From contig JAAELY010000545.1 of NCBI GenBank assembly GCA_024226335.1, positions 10,523-74,522 of the forward strand: 64,000 nt of DNA. The letters run 5' to 3'. Numbering within the stretch: the stretch's first letter is position 1; every line of letters begins with the position of its first letter. Position numbers and translations under genes: made by a program. The stretch is from a bacterium (lineage in GTDB: Bacteria > Myxococcota_A > UBA9160 > SZUA-336). Below, one piece after another: positions 59,854 through 64,000 of this stretch. A model generated the notes under the pieces. The model did not search any database. It was not told where the DNA came from and worked only from the letters and a program-made list of their open reading frames with translations.

Positions 59854-60794
59854 CCGCAAGACCGTTCGAGGCAATCCGCTCGCGCTGCGCGCGGGTCGCG
59901 GAAAGAGCGCGCTTCGTACACATCGATGAGAGCGCGCTGAGCAGATACACCGCCCAGCTACCGCTTGAAGAGGTTCGCACCCCGGGCGTCACCTCATTGC
60001 CAGCGCTGGACGACCCCGAGACGCTCACCGCCTTCGTGTTGCAACTGGACTCTGTGAACTTCGGTTCGGGCTACTTTCCCCATCTGCGCAAGCTTCCGGG
60101 CAAGTCGGGCTATCGCACCGTGGAAGCCAGACTGCTTGCCCGCTTCGAAGAGAAAGGGGCCCTGAGCCCAGAAGAGCTTGCGGGCTTTCGCGCGAAAGAC
60201 GCGGCGGACTTGTTTGAACAGGACCTGGACGCGGAACCCATCGCCGAGTTGATGGATCTATTCGCAAGAGCGTTTCGCTCACTGGGACTTCTGGTTGCAA
60301 CGCGTTTCGACGGGTGCTTCTCCAACCTGGTCGAAGCGGCCGATCGGAGCGCGGCACAACTCTTGCGCATCCTGATCGAGATGCCTCTGTACCGCGACAT
60401 CGCCCGATATGAGGATTTCGACGTGCCTTTCTTCAAGCGCGCGCAGATCGCCTCGGCCGATCTGGCGCTGGCCTTGCCCGGAGGCCTGGGCCGTTTCGAA
60501 GATCTGGACGAGTTGACGATATTCGCCGACAACCTGGTCCCACACGTACTGCGCATGGACGGAGTTCTGATCTACGATCGGGAATTACTGGCGCGCATCG
60601 AACGAGAAGAGCGGCTCGAGAGCGGATCTTCCGAGGAAACCGAGATCCGGGCCTGCGGAGTACATGCGGTCGAGCGGCTCGCATCGCTGAGCGGACTCAG
60701 GGCTGCGGATCTGGACCACTGGCTCTGGACACGAGGGGGCGGCTCCCATTACAAAGCCCGTCCCCGGCATCGGGCGCGCAGTGTTTTCTACTGA
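59826..60794 (+). CDS. Queuosine-salvage protein family (DUF2419 / Qng1-like).
   Basis: LDSVNFGSGYFP and ADNLVPHVLR are motifs characteristic of this family. Confidence 0.55.
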   Translation: MRRVVPADIAARPFEAIRSRCARVAERARFVHIDESALSRYTAQLPLEEVRTPGVTSLPALDDPETLTAFVLQLDSVNFGSGYFPHLRKLPGKSGYRTVEARLLARFEEKGALSPEELAGFRAKDAADLFEQDLDAEPIAELMDLFARAFRSLGLLVATRFDGCFSNLVEAADRSAAQLLRILIEMPLYRDIARYEDFDVPFFKRAQIASADLALALPGGLGRFEDLDELTIFADNLVPHVLRMDGVLIYDRELLARIEREERLESGSSEETEIRACGVHAVERLASLSGLRAADLDHWLWTRGGGSHYKARPRHRARSVFY

Positions 60795-61495
60795 TCCCCC
60801 CGCAGACCCGCGCGCGAAACGGGGATCTCGAGCGTCATGCGAGTACCGGTACAGGAGGGATCGCTCAAACGGAGCGTGCCGGAATGGCCTTCTACGATCT
60901 GTCGGGCAATCGGAAGACCGAGCCCGGCACCGCTGTGCCTCGATGTGACGAAGGGCTCGAATACCTCCTCGCGAAGATCGGCGGGAATCCCGCGCCCGGT
61001 GTCGGTCACGCTGAGCACGACCGATCCCGGACCCTCGCCAGGCCGATACTCGGCTTCGAACTGCAGCTCGCCACCGGTTTCCTCCATCTCATCGACAGAG
61101 TTTTCCGCCAGGCTGACCAGAGCGGTCACCAGCAATATCTTGTCGGCATCAAAAATCGGGACATCTGGCCGCACTCTCGTACTTATATCGATGCCAGATT
61201 TCTCACAGCGGTCGCTCAACTCGGCCGCCGCTTCGCCCAACAACCCGCGGGCCGAGTTCTTCGACCAGTCGAGAGTTTGAGTGCGCGAGAGGTCGAGCAT
61301 GCCACGCACGATCGCGGCGACCCTGCGGCTCAAGCGCAGGATGCGATCGAGACGGGGATCGCTACCATTCGCATCCTCGACGCACATCTGTGCTGTACCG
61401 ATCAGGGCCGAGAGCGGCGTGCCGATCGCGTGCGCGACGCGACCCGGCAGGTCTTCTGAATCTGTTCGCGAGTGGTTCTGGTTCGATGTCTGCAT
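60788..61495 (-). CDS. Standalone histidine kinase core (HisKA + HATPase_c, no sensor or TM).
   Basis: VAHAIGTPLSAL is the H-box. DTGRGIP...GAGLGLPIA are the N/G boxes. Confidence 0.7.
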   Translation of the reverse strand: MQTSNQNHSRTDSEDLPGRVAHAIGTPLSALIGTAQMCVEDANGSDPRLDRILRLSRRVAAIVRGMLDLSRTQTLDWSKNSARGLLGEAAAELSDRCEKSGIDISTRVRPDVPIFDADKILLVTALVSLAENSVDEMEETGGELQFEAEYRPGEGPGSVVLSVTDTGRGIPADLREEVFEPFVTSRHSGAGLGLPIARQIVEGHSGTLRLSDPSCTGTRMTLEIPVSRAGLRGDQ

Positions 61496-61908
61496 GCTAC
61501 CCAGGTGAAGTCAACGAGTTCGTGGATCAACCGTATGTGCTATGCCCGCAGACGCCGCAAGCGCGTTTTGGGAATGCTTCCGTGATGAGCGCGATTGTTG
61601 TCGCAGATGTCTCAACCCGGAAAAAGCCGTCGCACCTGTCCGCAATTTTCGGGCCGCCAGGCCGGAGCCACCGGGGAGCCGTTGGGCAACAACACGCGCG
61701 GGGGAACAAGGCCGTCCACTGGATACCCCGGTCGTGCGTCAATCGACAAATAGTGCAAAATTCCGCCCAAACAGGGCTATTCGATGCACGTTTTCATCGG
61801 CCAGAACTGGATTTACGAGCTAGTGTCCTGTGCCGGAAGTCCGGCAAGGGCATCGGCACCGGGCATCCCTATCGGGATGTCGGAAAAACCGCAATCTGAA
61901 CTCATGCC

Positions 61909-63057
61909 GTGAGAGGAAGAACCTTGATCATTGGCGCACCTCGAGAAATCGCCCCGGGAGAGAACCGCATCGCGATCACTCCCGATTCAGCAAAGAAATT
62001 GATCGGACTCGGACTCGACGTACACGTCGAAGTCGCGGGCGAGCACCGTCCCGCTTTCGAAGACGCTGCTTACGAGAAGGCCGGTGCAAAACTGGTCGGC
62101 TCCGCTGCCGAACTCTACGGCGCAGCCGATCTGATCGCGAAGGTGCAGGCGACCGACTCTCGTGAAGTCGAGATGATGCGCGAAGGCAGCACCCTTCTGT
62201 GCATCCTCAATCCATACGCGAACCTGGAAATCGTGCGCGCGCTGGCCGATCGCGGAGTCACGACGTTTGCCATGGACCTCATGCCGCGCATAACGCGAGG
62301 ACAGAGCATGGACGTTCTGAGTTCCATGAGCACCATCACCGGCTATCGCGCTGTGCTGCTTGCGGCTCTGGCACTGCCGAAACTCATGCCAATGATGATG
62401 ACCGCTGCCGGAACGCTTAAACCGGCACGCGTCCTCGTATTGGGTGCGGGTGTCGCAGGGTTGCAGGCCATCGCTACGGCACGACGGCTGGGTGCCGTGG
62501 TCGAAGCATTTGACATCCGGGCCGCGGTCAAGGAACAGGTCGAGAGTCTCGGAGCGCGATTCGTCGCGCAAGAAGCGATCGGTGGCGACGCCGAAGACAA
62601 GGGCGGTTATGCCCGAGAGCAGACCGAAGAACAACAGGCGAAGCAGCGCGAGGTCCTGAGCAAGCACATCGCAAACTCCGACGTCGTGATCTGCACCGCG
62701 TTGGTACCTGGCCGTCGCGCCCCGATCCTCTTGACGACCGAGCAGGTGCAGCGCATGAGCCCAGGCTCACTGGTCATCGATCTGGCCGCCGAACAGGGCG
62801 GGAATTGTGAATTGACCGAAGCAGGCGAGATCGTGGACTCGAACGGTGTTCGGGTACACGGCCCCGTCAATGTAGCCAGCGACACACCGGTGCATGCGAG
62901 CCAGATGCTCGGCCGGAATTTCCAGAACTATCTCACGCATCTCGTCGAAGAGGGACAGCTGAAGCTCGACCTGGAAGACGAACTCACCAGCGGACCCCTC
63001 GTAACCCGAGGCGGCAAGGTCGTACACGACGGTGTGCGCGCTGCTCTGGAGGCATGA
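61909..63057 (+). CDS. pntA: NAD(P) transhydrogenase alpha subunit, part 1 (GTG start).
   Basis: AlaDH/PNT domains, LVLGAGVAGLQAIATARRLGA. Confidence 0.85.
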   Translation: MRGRTLIIGAPREIAPGENRIAITPDSAKKLIGLGLDVHVEVAGEHRPAFEDAAYEKAGAKLVGSAAELYGAADLIAKVQATDSREVEMMREGSTLLCILNPYANLEIVRALADRGVTTFAMDLMPRITRGQSMDVLSSMSTITGYRAVLLAALALPKLMPMMMTAAGTLKPARVLVLGAGVAGLQAIATARRLGAVVEAFDIRAAVKEQVESLGARFVAQEAIGGDAEDKGGYAREQTEEQQAKQREVLSKHIANSDVVICTALVPGRRAPILLTTEQVQRMSPGSLVIDLAAEQGGNCELTEAGEIVDSNGVRVHGPVNVASDTPVHASQMLGRNFQNYLTHLVEEGQLKLDLEDELTSGPLVTRGGKVVHDGVRAALEA

Positions 63058-63353
63058 TGGAAGGCGATTTCATTCTGGTCATCACGGTTTTCGTGCTGGC
63101 CCTGTTCGTCGGCTTTGAACTGATCACCAAGGTTCCGCCCACGCTACACACGCCGCTGATGTCGGGCTCGAATGCGATCTCTGGAATCGCGATCATCGGC
63201 GCGCTGCTCGCAGCCGGCGCGGAGAAGACGAATCTGGCGTCCGTCCTCGGCGTCGTCGCCGTTGCACTCGCTACGGTGAACGTGGTGGGCGGATTCCTCG
63301 TAACCAATCGCATGCTCAAGATGTTCCGCAGCAAGAAAGAGAGGGACGCCTAA
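63054..63353 (+). CDS. pntA: NAD(P) transhydrogenase alpha subunit, part 2 (membrane).
   Basis: 99 aa, three TM helices. Overlaps adjacent genes by 4 nt. Confidence 0.8.
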   Translation: MMEGDFILVITVFVLALFVGFELITKVPPTLHTPLMSGSNAISGIAIIGALLAAGAEKTNLASVLGVVAVALATVNVVGGFLVTNRMLKMFRSKKERDA

Positions 63354-64000
63354 TGCCAACCCTCATCTCGCTTGCGTACCTGGCCGCGTCGATACTGTTC
63401 ATCGTCGGGATTCAACGCCTGAGTTCGCCGAAGACCGCATCCACAGGAAACCTGCTCGCGGCCGTCGGCATGGGCATCGCGATCGTCGCAACCCTGTTGC
63501 ACCAGGAAGTCGTCAGCTACGCGGGAATCACGTTAGGAGTCGCGGTCGGAGCGATCTTCGGCGTCATCGCAGCCACACGTGTACAGATGACGGCCATGCC
63601 GCAGATGGTCGCCGTATTCAACGGACTGGGCGGCGCTGCGTCCGGATTGGTGGCCGCCGCCGAATTGATCCGGCTCGGAAACGACGGCGTCTCTCCTGTT
63701 CTGGAGATCTCGATTCCCATCGTTCTGGGCACGCTGATCGGCGCCGTGACGCTCACGGGTAGCTTCATCGCCTTTGCAAAGCTCCAGGAACTGATGTCGG
63801 GACAGCCGATCGTCTTCCCGGCGCAGCAACTCGTCAACGCTGCGATTGGTATTGCCATCGCGGCTCTCGGGGTGATGGTCGTCATGGATCCGGTCGCCGG
63901 AGACTCGTTCTGGCTGCTGGCGGGGCTGTCGCTATTGCTCGGCGTGCTGCTGGTGATTCCGATCGGCGGAGCGGACATGCCCGTGGTGATCTCTCTGCTC
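63353..64000 (+). CDS. pntB: NAD(P) transhydrogenase beta subunit, 3'-truncated at the window end.
   Basis: MPTLISLAYLAASILFIVGIQRLSSPKTASTGN is the typical PntB N-terminus. Confidence 0.8.
   Translation, partial: MPTLISLAYLAASILFIVGIQRLSSPKTASTGNLLAAVGMGIAIVATLLHQEVVSYAGITLGVAVGAIFGVIAATRVQMTAMPQMVAVFNGLGGAASGLVAAAELIRLGNDGVSPVLEISIPIVLGTLIGAVTLTGSFIAFAKLQELMSGQPIVFPAQQLVNAAIGIAIAALGVMVVMDPVAGDSFWLLAGLSLLLGVLLVIPIGGADMPVVISLL

Noticed and set aside
61390-61899. 169-aa ORF in the 410-bp gap before pntAA.
   Set aside because: No RBS and no motif. More likely a non-coding promoter region. I also scanned it and the other gaps for tRNA-like or CRISPR-like structure and found none.

Overview
High-GC (~65%) bacterial window of 64 kb. 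I found no rRNA, tRNA, CRISPR array or mobile element. About 40 kb is a dense denitrification and nitric oxide (NO) stress island, flanked by housekeeping genes. Coding calls rest on reading the supplied six-frame translations and the raw sequence. Many long ORFs in the track are antisense artefacts of the high GC content and are ignored. Several true genes start at GTG or TTG, which the track prints as M.

Contents in order:
- 1-2241 (-): a 5'-partial quinol-type NO reductase (qNOR).
- 2506-3770 (-): a ferredoxin plus ferritin-like diiron protein operon. A second diiron paralog sits at 12055-13011.
- 4062-8844: TetR and LuxR regulators, an Alvin-type 2x[4Fe-4S] ferredoxin, an NnrS-like membrane protein, a TetR fused to a tandem DUF2249-like domain, and a divergent hemerythrin.
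- 8855-11942: a HAD phosphatase, then a Coq4-like protein followed by an FAD monooxygenase.
- 13143-14114 (+): a nitronate monooxygenase.
- 14142-19024: heme d1 biogenesis genes nirDL(fused)-nirF-nirJ (-) and a divergent nirN (+).
- 30207 down to 19071 (-): an 11-gene co-directional run with overlapping junctions. Order: nirS, a periplasmic tetraheme cytochrome c, a membrane tetraheme cytochrome c of NapC/NirT type, an NrfC-like FeS protein, an NrfD-like membrane protein, a WD40 NapL-like protein, then napD-napA-napG-napH-napB. There is no napC.
- 30393-32404: an Rrf2/NsrR-type regulator divergent from a second NnrS-like gene.
- 32428-38803 (+): a heme-copper oxidase (HCO) operon. It encodes a candidate 36-aa subunit IIa, a CuA subunit II, a subunit I in which the cross-linked active-site Tyr is replaced by Gln, a Sco protein, an unusual cytochrome b + ferredoxin + MvhD-like fusion protein, and heme O synthase.
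- 39190-48372 (+): a Sec-type (clade II) nos cluster: nosZ with a C-terminal extension, two c-type cytochromes, a NosB-like membrane protein, then nosD, nosG, nosH, nosF, nosL, nosY.
- 48392-64000: a two-component system, a lipoprotein, glpK, an FAD-linked oxidase, glpD, pepN, a pterin-4a-carbinolamine dehydratase, a queuosine-salvage (Qng1-like) protein, a standalone kinase core, and pntAA-pntAB-pntB (3' truncated).

The most notable candidate is the HCO operon. Its architecture is B-family-like (ba3-like) but with Tyr replaced by Gln at the active site, which points to a CuA-containing NO reductase (eNOR-like) rather than an O2 reductase. It is coupled to a cytochrome b / FeS / MvhD fusion that I cannot match to any described protein.
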